Shown: positions 1 through 11,855, counted from the first letter of the stretch. The stretch is DNA of 41,676 bases from Marine Group I thaumarchaeote (GCA_044358425.1 CP054849.1:1012622-1054297), one strand, 5' to 3'. A program made the numbers and translations. Notes: a model not told the origin generated them from the letters alone.

Positions 1-1194
1 GAAAATTTTATCCAACCCCATCTCTTCAGCTTGTTTTTTTACCATTTGAGAGCCTGGGACTACCATTGCACTAACATTTGATGCAACTTTTTGTCCTTGA
101 ATCACTTTTGATGCTTCAATAAGGTCCTCTAGTCTTGCATTCGTACAAGAACCAATAAACACTCTATCAATTTCAATATCCTCAATTAAAGTTCCAGATT
201 CAAGTGACATATACTCAAGAGCTTTTTCAGCACCTTTCTTTTGATTAGCATCACCATTAGAAAATTCATCAGGAGATGGAATAGATTCACTAACATCACA
301 AGTCATTCCAGGATTTGTGCCCCAACTTACTTGTGGTGCAATATCATTAATGTCTAAAACAAATGTTTTATCAAAAGTGGCATCAGAATCAGTTTGAAGA
401 TTTACTTTCCAATCATCTACAAGAGAGTCATAATTTTGTGGAGTATATTCTCTGTTTCGTAAATAATCAAAAGTTTTTTGATCAGGTGCAATCAATCCTG
501 CTCGAGCTCCTCCTTCAATAGACATATTACAAATAGTCATTCGTTGCTCCATAGAAAGATCAGTAATTCCTTCACCACGATACTCAATCACAGTTCCAGT
601 TCCACCAGCAGTTCCAATATTTTTGATGATTGATAAAATTATATCTTTTGCAGTTACTGCATGAGGATTTTTTCTTTTTCCCTCAACTCTAACTTCAAAC
701 GTTTTTGGTTTTTCTAACCACAAAGTTTGAGATGCCAAAACGTGCTCCACTTCACTTGTACCAATTCCCAAGGCTAATGCACCAAAAGCACCATGTGTAG
801 AAGTATGACTATCGCCACAAACAATAGTAGAACCAGGTAAAGTTATCCCTAATTGAGGTCCAATTACATGTACAATTCCTTGATTTGGGCTGTTAATATC
901 AAATAATTTTATTCCAAAATCCTTACAATTATTCTCAAGTGTTTTAATTTGAACTGCAGAAGTTTGGTCCAATATTGGTAAAGAACGATCATTTGTAGGA
1001 ACATTATGATCCATTGTTGCAATTGTCAAATCAGGTCTTCTAACTTTTCTGTTATTCATTCGTAATCCATCAAATGCTTGAGGAGAAGTTACTTCGTGAA
1101 CAAGATGTCTATCAATGTAAATTAGAGCAGGTTCATTTTGCTTTTCTACAACAATATGAGATTCCCAAATTTTTTCAAAAAGTGTTTTTCCCAT
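1..1194 (-). CDS. leuC: 3-isopropylmalate dehydratase large subunit, bacterial-type (3' end runs off the window)
   Basis: Read by hand: ATG at 1194-1192 gives MGKTLFEKIWESHIV...LIYIDRHLVHEVTSPQAFDGLR, later CGDSHTSTHGAFG and IGSCTN; classic LeuC motifs. Confidence 0.95.
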   Translation of the reverse strand, partial: MGKTLFEKIWESHIVVEKQNEPALIYIDRHLVHEVTSPQAFDGLRMNNRKVRRPDLTIATMDHNVPTNDRSLPILDQTSAVQIKTLENNCKDFGIKLFDINSPNQGIVHVIGPQLGITLPGSTIVCGDSHTSTHGAFGALALGIGTSEVEHVLASQTLWLEKPKTFEVRVEGKRKNPHAVTAKDIILSIIKNIGTAGGTGTVIEYRGEGITDLSMEQRMTICNMSIEGGARAGLIAPDQKTFDYLRNREYTPQNYDSLVDDWKVNLQTDSDATFDKTFVLDINDIAPQVSWGTNPGMTCDVSESIPSPDEFSNGDANQKKGAEKALEYMSLESGTLIEDIEIDRVFIGSCTNARLEDLIEASKVIQGQKVASNVSAMVVPGSQMVKKQAEEMGLDKIF

Positions 1195-1195
1195 T

Positions 1196-1687
1196 TTAAT
1201 CCAATTCGGGTTTATACTTGAATAATCCACCTGCTTCAATTATTTTTCCAATAATTTTAGAAAAAGGTTTCATTTTGTATGATTCATTTTTTGTTAGATT
1301 TTTTATTTCATTGGTTGAAATATCAATATCAAGTTCATCACCATCAGAAATCCCATCATATGCATCTTGACCAATTTCAATAGGTAACAAAAATGCACCA
1401 TCTACAGAATTTCTATAAAAAATTCTTGCAAAAGACAAAGCAAGTATTGCTTTAACTCCAGAATGAGATAATGCAATTGGAGCATGTTCTCGAGAAGAAC
1501 CAGAACCAAAATTCTTTCCAGATAAAATAAAATCACCTTCTTTTACTTTTGAATGAAAATCAGGATCCAATCCCTCCATAGCATGAGTTGCAAGTTCAGC
1601 ATAATCATGGACTTTTAGATATTGACCTGGAATAATTACATCAGTATCGATGTTATCACGATCGTATTTTATGACGTTTCCTTTCAT
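1196..1687 (-). CDS. Isopropylmalate/homoaconitate dehydratase small subunit (LeuD/HacB family)
   Basis: DNIDTDVIIP and NFGSGSSREHA motifs; overlaps the upstream large subunit gene by 4 nt. Confidence 0.92.
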   Translation of the reverse strand: MKGNVIKYDRDNIDTDVIIPGQYLKVHDYAELATHAMEGLDPDFHSKVKEGDFILSGKNFGSGSSREHAPIALSHSGVKAILALSFARIFYRNSVDGAFLLPIEIGQDAYDGISDGDELDIDISTNEIKNLTKNESYKMKPFSKIIGKIIEAGGLFKYKPELD

Positions 1688-2955
1688 ATCAAATCCCTTG
1701 GATCAGTTATTTTTCCAGTAACTGCAGAAGCTGCTGCCACCATCGGAGATGAAAGATATGTTTGTGATTCAACGTGTCCCATTCTACCAGGGAAATTACG
1801 GTTAGTTGTACTAATACAAATTTCATCTTTAGCTAATACTCCCATATGAGCACCACAACAGGCACCACAGGTTGGAGGTCCAACAGTAACACCAGCGTCT
1901 AAGAAAATTTTCAATAATCCATTTTCCATTGCACGTTGATAAATTGAGATTGCTGCGGGTAAAATTTCAGTTCTTATCTTTACTTTTCTTCCTTTGAGAA
2001 CTTTTGCTGCAGCTTCCAAATCCTCATACTTTGCACCAGTACAAGAACCGATGTAAGATTTATCCAATTCCACAGAAGGAGCTTCACTAACAACACATGT
2101 ATTATCAGGTGAGAAAGGTTTAGCAATTATTGGTTCCATTTCAGAACTTTCAAACTCAAAAACTTTAGCATATTCTGCATCAGCATCACCATTAACTATA
2201 TTGAAATTTGTTGCACCTTTTGAAGAAAGGTAATCTACAACTTTTTGATCAGGTTCTACAATTCCATTTTTAGCTCCTGCTTCAGTAGTCATATTACATA
2301 AAGTCAATCTACTTTCAACAGACATATCATCAATTCCACTTCCACCAAATTGCATTGTTCTATATGCACCACCATCATTGCCAATTTCACCAATAATTTT
2401 TAGAATCAAATCTTTGGCCATTACATGATCAGGCAATTTTCCATTTAGTTTGAAGTAATAAGTTTCGGGAACTTTAAACCAAATATTTCCATGTAGTAAG
2501 ACATATGCGATGTCAGTATGTCCTAAACCAACTGCAAATGCTCCTAAAGCTCCAGTAGTATTTGTGTGAGAATCACCACCAACATAAACATCACCTGGCA
2601 TTACCATTGCTTGTTCGTGTGATAGTGTATGACAAATTCCATATTGGCCCATTCCATATTTGAAATGTTTTTCAATACCATAATTTTTAGTGAAATTTGA
2701 TAATTTTACAATATTTTCTGCAGACAATTTATCAGCTGATGGCACAAAATGATCTTCAGCCACCCAAACTTTTGTTGGATCCCACAATTTATCGACTGCA
2801 ATTCCTTGTTTCTTTAATTTATCAAATACCTTGAGCACACCAGGTCCAGAAACATCATGCATCATTACTTTATCAACATCAGCAAATACTACATCATCAG
2901 GTGCTACTGATGACTTGCCTGAAGCACGTGCAAGGATCTTCTCAACTATATTCAT
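1684..2955 (-). CDS. Isopropylmalate/homoaconitate dehydratase large subunit, archaeal-type (LeuC/HacA family)
   Basis: GGDSHT, IGSCTG, CGACCG [4Fe-4S] ligands, STTNRNFPGRMG. Confidence 0.92.
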   Translation of the reverse strand: MNIVEKILARASGKSSVAPDDVVFADVDKVMMHDVSGPGVLKVFDKLKKQGIAVDKLWDPTKVWVAEDHFVPSADKLSAENIVKLSNFTKNYGIEKHFKYGMGQYGICHTLSHEQAMVMPGDVYVGGDSHTNTTGALGAFAVGLGHTDIAYVLLHGNIWFKVPETYYFKLNGKLPDHVMAKDLILKIIGEIGNDGGAYRTMQFGGSGIDDMSVESRLTLCNMTTEAGAKNGIVEPDQKVVDYLSSKGATNFNIVNGDADAEYAKVFEFESSEMEPIIAKPFSPDNTCVVSEAPSVELDKSYIGSCTGAKYEDLEAAAKVLKGRKVKIRTEILPAAISIYQRAMENGLLKIFLDAGVTVGPPTCGACCGAHMGVLAKDEICISTTNRNFPGRMGHVESQTYLSSPMVAAASAVTGKITDPRDLI

Positions 2956-3028
2956 GATTGAAAAAGCTCAGTCTTGGGATTAAAAGCTTTTCAGAACAAT
3001 AAAAAAGAAATAGAATCTAACAGAATAT

Positions 3029-3805
3029 GTGCAATTAACTGTTTTACCCCTATTAGCTGAAAGAATGGTAACAGAATTTGACGTTTTTGAAGAATTAGAA
3101 AATACTTTAGAAAAAAATAAAACAAAATTAGAGGAGGGGGATGTCATAGTAATTTCTACTAAATATATCTCAAATTCACAAGGAAGAATTGTAGATTTAG
3201 AGAAAATTAAAGCATCAGAATATGGAGAAAAAATTGCAAATGAATTTAATCTAAAACCAGGAATTGCAGAAGTCATCATTAGAGAATCAGATAAAATTTT
3301 TGGGGGAATTGGAGGATTTGTCATTACATCTGCAGATAATATAATGGCACCAAATGCAGGAATCGATAAATCAAATGCAAAAAAAGGTAAAGCAATACTG
3401 TATCCAAAGGATCCTTATTTGATTGCTGAGCAAATTAGAAGAAAAATTTTCTTAAAATTATTAATTCATGTGGGAATAATTTTAGTAGACAGTAGATTGA
3501 TGCCAGCAAGAATTGGAACATCAGGAGTTGCAGTATCTTGTGCCGGAATTGAACCAGTATTAGACATGAGATCAAAAAAAGATTTGGATGGAAATCCATT
3601 AAAAGTAACATTTCAAGCAGTGGTGGACAATCTTGCAACTATTGCAAATCATAAGATGGGGGAAGGAGGAGAATCAAAACCATTTGCAATTGTTAGAAAC
3701 TCAGGTGCAAAACTTACAGATAGAAAAATCAATTCCTCAGAAATGGCAATTGCTCCAGAACAATGTGTGTATGTAAGAGGCCTTTCAAAACCACCTAAAA
3801 ACTAA
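3029..3805 (+). CDS. cofE: Coenzyme F420-0:L-glutamate ligase
   Basis: GDVIVISTK, PNAGIDKSN, DLDGNPL, MGEGGE motifs; GTG start. Confidence 0.88.
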   Translation: MQLTVLPLLAERMVTEFDVFEELENTLEKNKTKLEEGDVIVISTKYISNSQGRIVDLEKIKASEYGEKIANEFNLKPGIAEVIIRESDKIFGGIGGFVITSADNIMAPNAGIDKSNAKKGKAILYPKDPYLIAEQIRRKIFLKLLIHVGIILVDSRLMPARIGTSGVAVSCAGIEPVLDMRSKKDLDGNPLKVTFQAVVDNLATIANHKMGEGGESKPFAIVRNSGAKLTDRKINSSEMAIAPEQCVYVRGLSKPPKN

Positions 3806-3852
3806 GGGTATAAGAGATGTTTTTTTAAATATAGGAATTAGAGAGAGAAAAT

Positions 3853-4407
3853 ATGGAATATTTGACAACATATCCAAAAACAGTCTCATTTATCGATGGC
3901 ATAAAGCACAAAATTCATGTAGACAAGACAGAAGGAGTGGAACAACTCCACATTGTTGTCAAAAAAAGTTTTGAAGAATTGACTAAAATTTTCAGAGAAG
4001 AAGGATTCACAAAAGTAAAACTAGAACATAAACAACCAGACCAAATCGGCAGTGGTCTAAATTTGAAATTAAAAAAACCATGGGAAATGCATGTTAGAAT
4101 GGTAGATTTGGAAGATGGAAAAATTGGAATTCATGCAGAAGTTGAAGTATCAAGAGATTATCTACAACATTTGTTTTCACAAAGAACCCCAGTAGTTTAT
4201 GAAGTTGAAGAAATTTTGAAAAAATATCAAATTGATTACAATATTTGGCATGATAAAATTAAGAAAAATATTACAACAGTAGTTGATAACTATAAAGTAA
4301 AACTTGCAACTCCAGGAATTCCAGTATTTGCATGGAAACCAATGCTATTTGTAATTGCAACAGTTGCAGCATTTTACGGCTGGAAATTTTTCAATACTAT
4401 TTGGTAA
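3853..4407 (+). CDS. Hypothetical protein with a single C-terminal hydrophobic segment
   Basis: 184-aa ORF, TTTAAATA about 20 nt upstream, C-terminal MLFVIATVAAFYGW. Confidence 0.75.
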   Translation: MEYLTTYPKTVSFIDGIKHKIHVDKTEGVEQLHIVVKKSFEELTKIFREEGFTKVKLEHKQPDQIGSGLNLKLKKPWEMHVRMVDLEDGKIGIHAEVEVSRDYLQHLFSQRTPVVYEVEEILKKYQIDYNIWHDKIKKNITTVVDNYKVKLATPGIPVFAWKPMLFVIATVAAFYGWKFFNTIW

Positions 4408-4421
4408 AAATTAAAAATTAT

Positions 4422-4748
4422 CTAAACACCGAGTGTTTCTTCTTTAGTTAATTCAAGAAATACTTTATCCCCAACTGAAAGACCCATCTCTTTGTATTCA
4501 TGCATTTCAAGTTTTAATTGGGTAATACCAGATTGCATCCCCATACCACCAGCACCAGACATCATTTTGTTTAAGTCCTTCATCATATCATTCATGTTTG
4601 AGAATCCCATAACCTTTGGAGAACCAAATGGCGATGGAGGGTTTTGATTGCCTTCTTTAAGATCTTTGAGTGAAGATAATGATAGTACTACATATGGTGC
4701 GCCATCAGGAGCAGAATCAATACTTTTTACGACAAATTCTTTCTTCAT
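4422..4748 (-). CDS. Hypothetical protein, possibly Arcadin-1-like
   Basis: ORF with beta-strand-like ends and a low-complexity Met/Gly/Pro middle; start set at ATG 4748 from TATA (TTATATA 4770-4776) spacing. Confidence 0.7.
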   Translation of the reverse strand: MKKEFVVKSIDSAPDGAPYVVLSLSSLKDLKEGNQNPPSPFGSPKVMGFSNMNDMMKDLNKMMSGAGGMGMQSGITQLKLEMHEYKEMGLSVGDKVFLELTKEETLGV

Positions 4749-4843
4749 GGTTATCATAGCAAGTTTATCTATATAATTTTAATATTTTGAGCCAATTTAA
4801 CAAAAATTGAAGCTTTAATTACAAATTTGAACAGAATGAATTA

Positions 4844-5392
4844 TTGTCTGAACCGCTAAAAACAAAATTAACTTACTATGGAATTTCACCTTGGGAAATA
4901 GAAGTACTATATGGATTTCTAAATTCCAGATTTACGATAGTACAAGAAGAAATAGAAAATAATGATGAAAATTTTGTAAGTTATCTAAATATCGATATTC
5001 CCTTAGAATTTAATGAAGCATTCTTCAAATGGTTTGATTTTAAGCGATGGGAAAAAGTAAAAGATGTTTTAAAAGAATACAAACGTAGACGCGGAAGTCG
5101 TAATGCATTAAAAATTAAAATAAATTTTGAAGGAAATACAAAAATTGTATTTATTGTTGATGTAGTAGAAAGACAGTGGTTTAACAACGCAATAGAGAAA
5201 ATGGATTTTGTGATTGAACTTTTACCCCATCATCTTGATCCTGAAAAAATTCCAAAAGGGATTAGAGAAGTCAATTACAAATTTGATATAGAATCAGTTC
5301 GATGGAGATTAGATAAAGCAATCGCAAAAGAAAAAGAATATTCTTTCAGAGGAGATATTTGGAAAGAAATTAAAAAAGAAATTGATCAGTAA
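4844..5392 (+). CDS. Hypothetical protein
   Basis: 182-aa ORF filling the gap, TTG start, normal codon composition. Confidence 0.75.
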   Translation: MSEPLKTKLTYYGISPWEIEVLYGFLNSRFTIVQEEIENNDENFVSYLNIDIPLEFNEAFFKWFDFKRWEKVKDVLKEYKRRRGSRNALKIKINFEGNTKIVFIVDVVERQWFNNAIEKMDFVIELLPHHLDPEKIPKGIREVNYKFDIESVRWRLDKAIAKEKEYSFRGDIWKEIKKEIDQ

Positions 5393-5398
5393 GTATTT

Positions 5399-8258
<2,860 letters not shown>

Positions 8259-8310
8259 AATTTTTCAAGTCCTTTTTCAAATAAATACAAAATGGTAAAC
8301 AATTTTTCAA

Positions 8311-8454
8311 TTATCCACCTGTTGCTGCATCAAATAATGCACATTCACATTTGTCACGTTCACCACAGTATGGGCAAACACAGACACATTTTTCAATGAA
8401 ATTCCCACAATCTACACAAATAGCAAATTCTTCTTCTTCAATTTTAGTAGACAT
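8311..8454 (-). CDS. 47-aa cysteine-rich microprotein (putative metal-binding)
   Basis: Read by hand: MSTKIEEEEFAICVDCGNFIEKCVCVCPYCGERDKCECALFDAATGG; 8 Cys; TTTATA about 21 nt upstream. Confidence 0.75.
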   Translation of the reverse strand: MSTKIEEEEFAICVDCGNFIEKCVCVCPYCGERDKCECALFDAATGG

Positions 8455-8506
8455 AATGTAGGTACAAAGAAATCGTATAAATGGTTTGAGATAAATCGTA
8501 ACATAA

Positions 8507-9475
8507 ATGAAACAAAAAATATTTCTTACAAGAACATTACATGATTTTGCATTAAAAGAATTAAAGAAGAAATTTGAAGTAGAGATCCATACAGGAAAAA
8601 TTCCAATTGCTCAAAATATACTGAAATCTAAAATAAAAAATTCGGATGGGCTAATCTGCTTTCCATATGATGAAATCAACAAAGAAGTATTACAATCTGC
8701 AGAAAAACTCAAAGTAATAAGTACATTCAGTGTTGGATATGATCATATTGATTTAGATTTTGCTAAAGAAAATAAAATTAGAGTAGGGTATACTCCAGAA
8801 GTTTTAACAGATGCAACTGCAGATATGGCATTTGGATTATTACTGGATTCTTTAAGAAGAATTTCAGAAGGAGACAGAATAATTAGAAATGGTAAATGGA
8901 AACAAATCTACGGGGCATATGATTATGTAGGATTTGATTTGCAGGGTAAAACTTTAGGTATTATGGGGTTAGGAAGAATAGGTAAAACTCTTGCAAAAAG
9001 AGCAAAAGCATTTGACATGAAAATAATTTACCATAATAGAAATAAAATTTCAAAAGAGGAAGAAAGAAAGTTAGGAGTAAAATATGTTGCACTGGATAAA
9101 TTAATTACTCAAAGTGACGTAATCTCCATTCATGTTCCACATACAAAAGAAACAAATCAAATTTTTGATATGAAAATTTTAAAAAAAATGAAAAAAACTG
9201 CATTTCTCATCAATACATCTAGAGGTAAGGTTGTAAATGAAAAAGATCTCGTTACAGCATTAAAACAAAAAATAATTGCAGGTGCAGGAATAGATGTATT
9301 TGAAACAGAGCCAATTAACAAAAATCACCCATTCATAAAATTAGAAAATTTAGTTATGGCACCTCATATAGGAAGTTCAACAAAAGAAACTAGAATTCAA
9401 ATGGCAGAATTAACTGTAAAAAATCTAATTAATGGAATGAATGGTAAAAAACCAATTTATTCAGTAGGATACTGA
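8507..9475 (+). CDS. D-isomer-specific 2-hydroxyacid dehydrogenase (glyoxylate reductase / D-glycerate dehydrogenase family)
   Basis: SVGYDHID, GLGRIG Rossmann motif, INTSRG, DVFETEP, PHIGS. Confidence 0.9.
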   Translation: MKQKIFLTRTLHDFALKELKKKFEVEIHTGKIPIAQNILKSKIKNSDGLICFPYDEINKEVLQSAEKLKVISTFSVGYDHIDLDFAKENKIRVGYTPEVLTDATADMAFGLLLDSLRRISEGDRIIRNGKWKQIYGAYDYVGFDLQGKTLGIMGLGRIGKTLAKRAKAFDMKIIYHNRNKISKEEERKLGVKYVALDKLITQSDVISIHVPHTKETNQIFDMKILKKMKKTAFLINTSRGKVVNEKDLVTALKQKIIAGAGIDVFETEPINKNHPFIKLENLVMAPHIGSSTKETRIQMAELTVKNLINGMNGKKPIYSVGY

Positions 9476-9544
9476 GAATTACGCGTAAGTTTACAGCAAA
9501 AAATATGTTGAGTTTTTATATTGAAATTGTGAAACATAGTCAAG

Positions 9545-9634
9545 TTGAAAAAATTCAAACATACTAACGAAGAATTAGAATTAGCTAAAATACAAACTGA
9601 AAAAGAAAAGAAGAAAAAAGAATCACAAGATTGA
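9545..9634 (+). CDS. Putative 29-aa charged helical peptide
   Basis: TTG start, MKKFKHTNEELELAKIQTEKEKKKKESQD; TTTTTATA 24 nt upstream and a hairpin plus T-run downstream. Confidence 0.5.
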   Translation: MKKFKHTNEELELAKIQTEKEKKKKESQD

Positions 9635-9643
9635 TACTTTTTT

Positions 9644-9672
9644 ACTTGTCTTTTTCAGACAAGTTTTTTTTT
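9644..9672 (+). terminator. Hairpin followed by oligo-T
   Basis: ACTTGTCT-ttttc-AGACAAGT 8-bp stem followed by a T run to 9672. Confidence 0.65.
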
Positions 9673-10045
9673 AAAATTTAATTTTTGAAGAATATTTTTG
9701 ATTTAAGGAATTATACAATTTTTCTCTTTCAATAACTAAATTTTTAGATTCATCATACATCTTTGTAAAAAATGCAGCTACAAGGCGGTCATTATTTATA
9801 TCAAAAAATCTAATACTAAAACTAATTCTATCAGGTCTTTGTTCTTTAACAAATTCAGCGGATTTTATCATTTCAGAATTAATATGCATATGAGCAGGAC
9901 CATCATTGTCTCCAATTGTAATCCATTTCTCTTTTTGTCGAATTGTTAAAGAATTACTACGAATTTCGCACGTAGCGCCAATATTTTTTGTAATTAATAA
10001 AACATCATCAACTTTGACAATATCTGATAGAAGTTCAAAAAGCAA
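9671..10045 (-). CDS. ChuX/HutX-like putative heme/tetrapyrrole-binding protein
   Basis: Pattern LLITKNIGATCEI...HMHIN...SFSIRFFD...VAAFF resembles the ChuX/HutX fold (recognised from memory, not searched). Confidence 0.6.
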   Translation of the reverse strand: MLFELLSDIVKVDDVLLITKNIGATCEIRSNSLTIRQKEKWITIGDNDGPAHMHINSEMIKSAEFVKEQRPDRISFSIRFFDINNDRLVAAFFTKMYDESKNLVIEREKLYNSLNQKYSSKIKF

Positions 10046-10085
10046 TAAACAAACACCTCAAACAAATTATTATAAGATTTTCATC

Positions 10086-10364
10086 TCAGTTAGATTTTTT
10101 CAAATCAATTTGAACAAGATCATCTGCATCACCATGTATACAATCAGTTCCTACTGATTTAACAGGAGTGAAACTAATTTTACCACTGTGTATTTTTCCT
10201 TCATTTTGTAAAATTGTAAGCTTACCTGTTACAATGTGTCTATGTTTTTGGCAAGTTAAACCAAACATGTATTCATCTTTTCCATCAACAATAGATACAA
10301 TAAATTGAGGGGGGTTAACACATTGTTTTCCTTCTTCCGAAACAGAGCATTTATCAGGCATCAT
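10086..10364 (-). CDS. Hypothetical protein with a possible zinc site
   Basis: C-x8-C...C-x2-H pattern plus a C-terminal DCIH. Confidence 0.65.
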   Translation of the reverse strand: MMPDKCSVSEEGKQCVNPPQFIVSIVDGKDEYMFGLTCQKHRHIVTGKLTILQNEGKIHSGKISFTPVKSVGTDCIHGDADDLVQIDLKKSN

Positions 10365-10440
10365 AATAAAATTCAAAAGAATATTAGATATTAATCTTCA
10401 TAGATGTAAATTAATATCAATTATTAGTGAATAAAACAAG

Positions 10441-11745
10441 TTGAAAGATTATTTTGATTTAGTAATTATCGGTGGCGGTATTTTAGGAACTTCAATTTCA
10501 TATTTCTTATCATTTCTAAATAAATCAAAAAAAATTGGAGTGATAGAGCAAGAAAACAATGTAGCACATCATACAAGTGGTAGAAATACTGGAAAAGTTC
10601 ATGCTCCCTATCTATACAATCCTGAAAAAAAGAAACTATTTGCAAATGCAGCATTTCATGGATATGAAATGTGGAAAGAATATTCAAAACAACAAAATTT
10701 ACCATTTAAAGAAGATGGAGTTATCGAAGTTGCACTAGATGAAAAAGGAATCAAAGTTCTTGAAAAATATCTCAAGTGGGGAAAACAAAATGGATTACAA
10801 GAAAAAGATATTGAATTAATTGAAAAAGCAGAATTGAAAAAAATTGAACCTGAAATTAAATGTGAAGCAGCTCTATACGCGCGTAGGGATGGTTCAACAG
10901 ATTATTCCACACTGACAAATGCAATTATGGGAGATAGTAAAAAAAACGGAATTAATTTTTTGTTTAACAACAAAACAAATGAAATTAAAAAAAATAAAGA
11001 CAAATGGGAAATAACAATAAATGGTAATCAAAAAATTTATGCTGATTTTTTGATTAATGCAGCTGGAGGTCAAGCAATTGATATTGCACATAAGATAGGA
11101 ATTGCAAAAAACCTTACAGACGTACATTTTAGAGGCGAATATTGGAAAACACCAAAAAAATATCATAATTTAACAAAAACAAGTGTTTATTCAGTTCCAG
11201 AATTTCCCGATTATCCATTTTTAGATCCACACTGGATAGTTAGAGTAGATGGAAGTTGTGAGATTGGTCCAAATGCAGTTCCTGTTTTCAGTCCTTACGG
11301 ATATGGCACTACAGAAAACATCAAAGAATTCATACCAAAAGTATTGGAAATGATTAATTCAGGTGCAAGAAAAGTAATCTTTGATAAAGATTTTCAAGAA
11401 TTAGCTTTTAGTGAAATACAATCCTCAATGTCAAAATCAGTAATGGTTGAAAGGGTTAAAAAATTCCTCCCAAAGATCAACTCAAAAGAAATTACGGAAA
11501 AAGGGACTGCAGGAATTAGATCATCTGTAATTGATGAAAACGGTAAATTTGTTCCAGATGTAATTTTACTAGAAGAAGACACATCATTTCATATTTTGAA
11601 CTATAATTCTCCAGGTGCTACTGGAGCACTACCATTTTCAGTACACGTGATAAATCAATTACATCAAAAAGGATTATTTGAAAATGATGATATCAACTTA
11701 CAATGCGGTCCTTGGAAATTTAATGAAATTGTTGAGAAATTATAA
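10441..11745 (+). CDS. FAD-dependent oxidoreductase, L-2-hydroxyglutarate oxidase (LhgO)-like
   Basis: GGGILG, HTSGRNTG, FRGEY, YPFLDPH, IGPNA, AGIR, SPGATGA. Confidence 0.82.
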   Translation: MKDYFDLVIIGGGILGTSISYFLSFLNKSKKIGVIEQENNVAHHTSGRNTGKVHAPYLYNPEKKKLFANAAFHGYEMWKEYSKQQNLPFKEDGVIEVALDEKGIKVLEKYLKWGKQNGLQEKDIELIEKAELKKIEPEIKCEAALYARRDGSTDYSTLTNAIMGDSKKNGINFLFNNKTNEIKKNKDKWEITINGNQKIYADFLINAAGGQAIDIAHKIGIAKNLTDVHFRGEYWKTPKKYHNLTKTSVYSVPEFPDYPFLDPHWIVRVDGSCEIGPNAVPVFSPYGYGTTENIKEFIPKVLEMINSGARKVIFDKDFQELAFSEIQSSMSKSVMVERVKKFLPKINSKEITEKGTAGIRSSVIDENGKFVPDVILLEEDTSFHILNYNSPGATGALPFSVHVINQLHQKGLFENDDINLQCGPWKFNEIVEKL

Positions 11746-11753
11746 AAATAAAA

Positions 11754-11855
11754 TGGCGCCGAGAGAGAGATTTGAACTCTCGTTCCCTTGCGAGAACGCG
11801 CTTTATGGTTAAACAATTTCCAGGCGCGCGCCCTACCAGGCTAGGCGACCTCGGC
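11754..11855 (-). tRNA. tRNA-Ser(GGA) with a 15-nt intron at 37/38 (11803-11817) and encoded CCA
   Basis: GCCGAGG/TCTCGGC acceptor stem, CGCGC-CT-GGA-A-[intron]-A-GCGCG, long variable arm, GAGAG-TTCAAAT-CTCTC T arm, GCCA end. Confidence 0.95.

Noticed and set aside
8259-8310. Three TTGAAAAA direct repeats upstream of the OFOR alpha gene
   Set aside because: Low-complexity A/T motif with irregular spacing; not distinguishable from chance here.
9506-9568. ATG-started 20-codon ORF MLSFYIEIVKHSQVEKIQTY
   Set aside because: It overlaps the TATA box of the better-supported TTG ORF and has no evident promoter of its own.
11761-11770. (GA)5 microsatellite
   Set aside because: It is the T-stem/acceptor-stem junction of tRNA-Ser.
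11754-11855. Integrated element at either tRNA
   Set aside because: No integrase gene and no duplicated tRNA 3' end seen; sequence beyond tRNA-Gln is outside the window.
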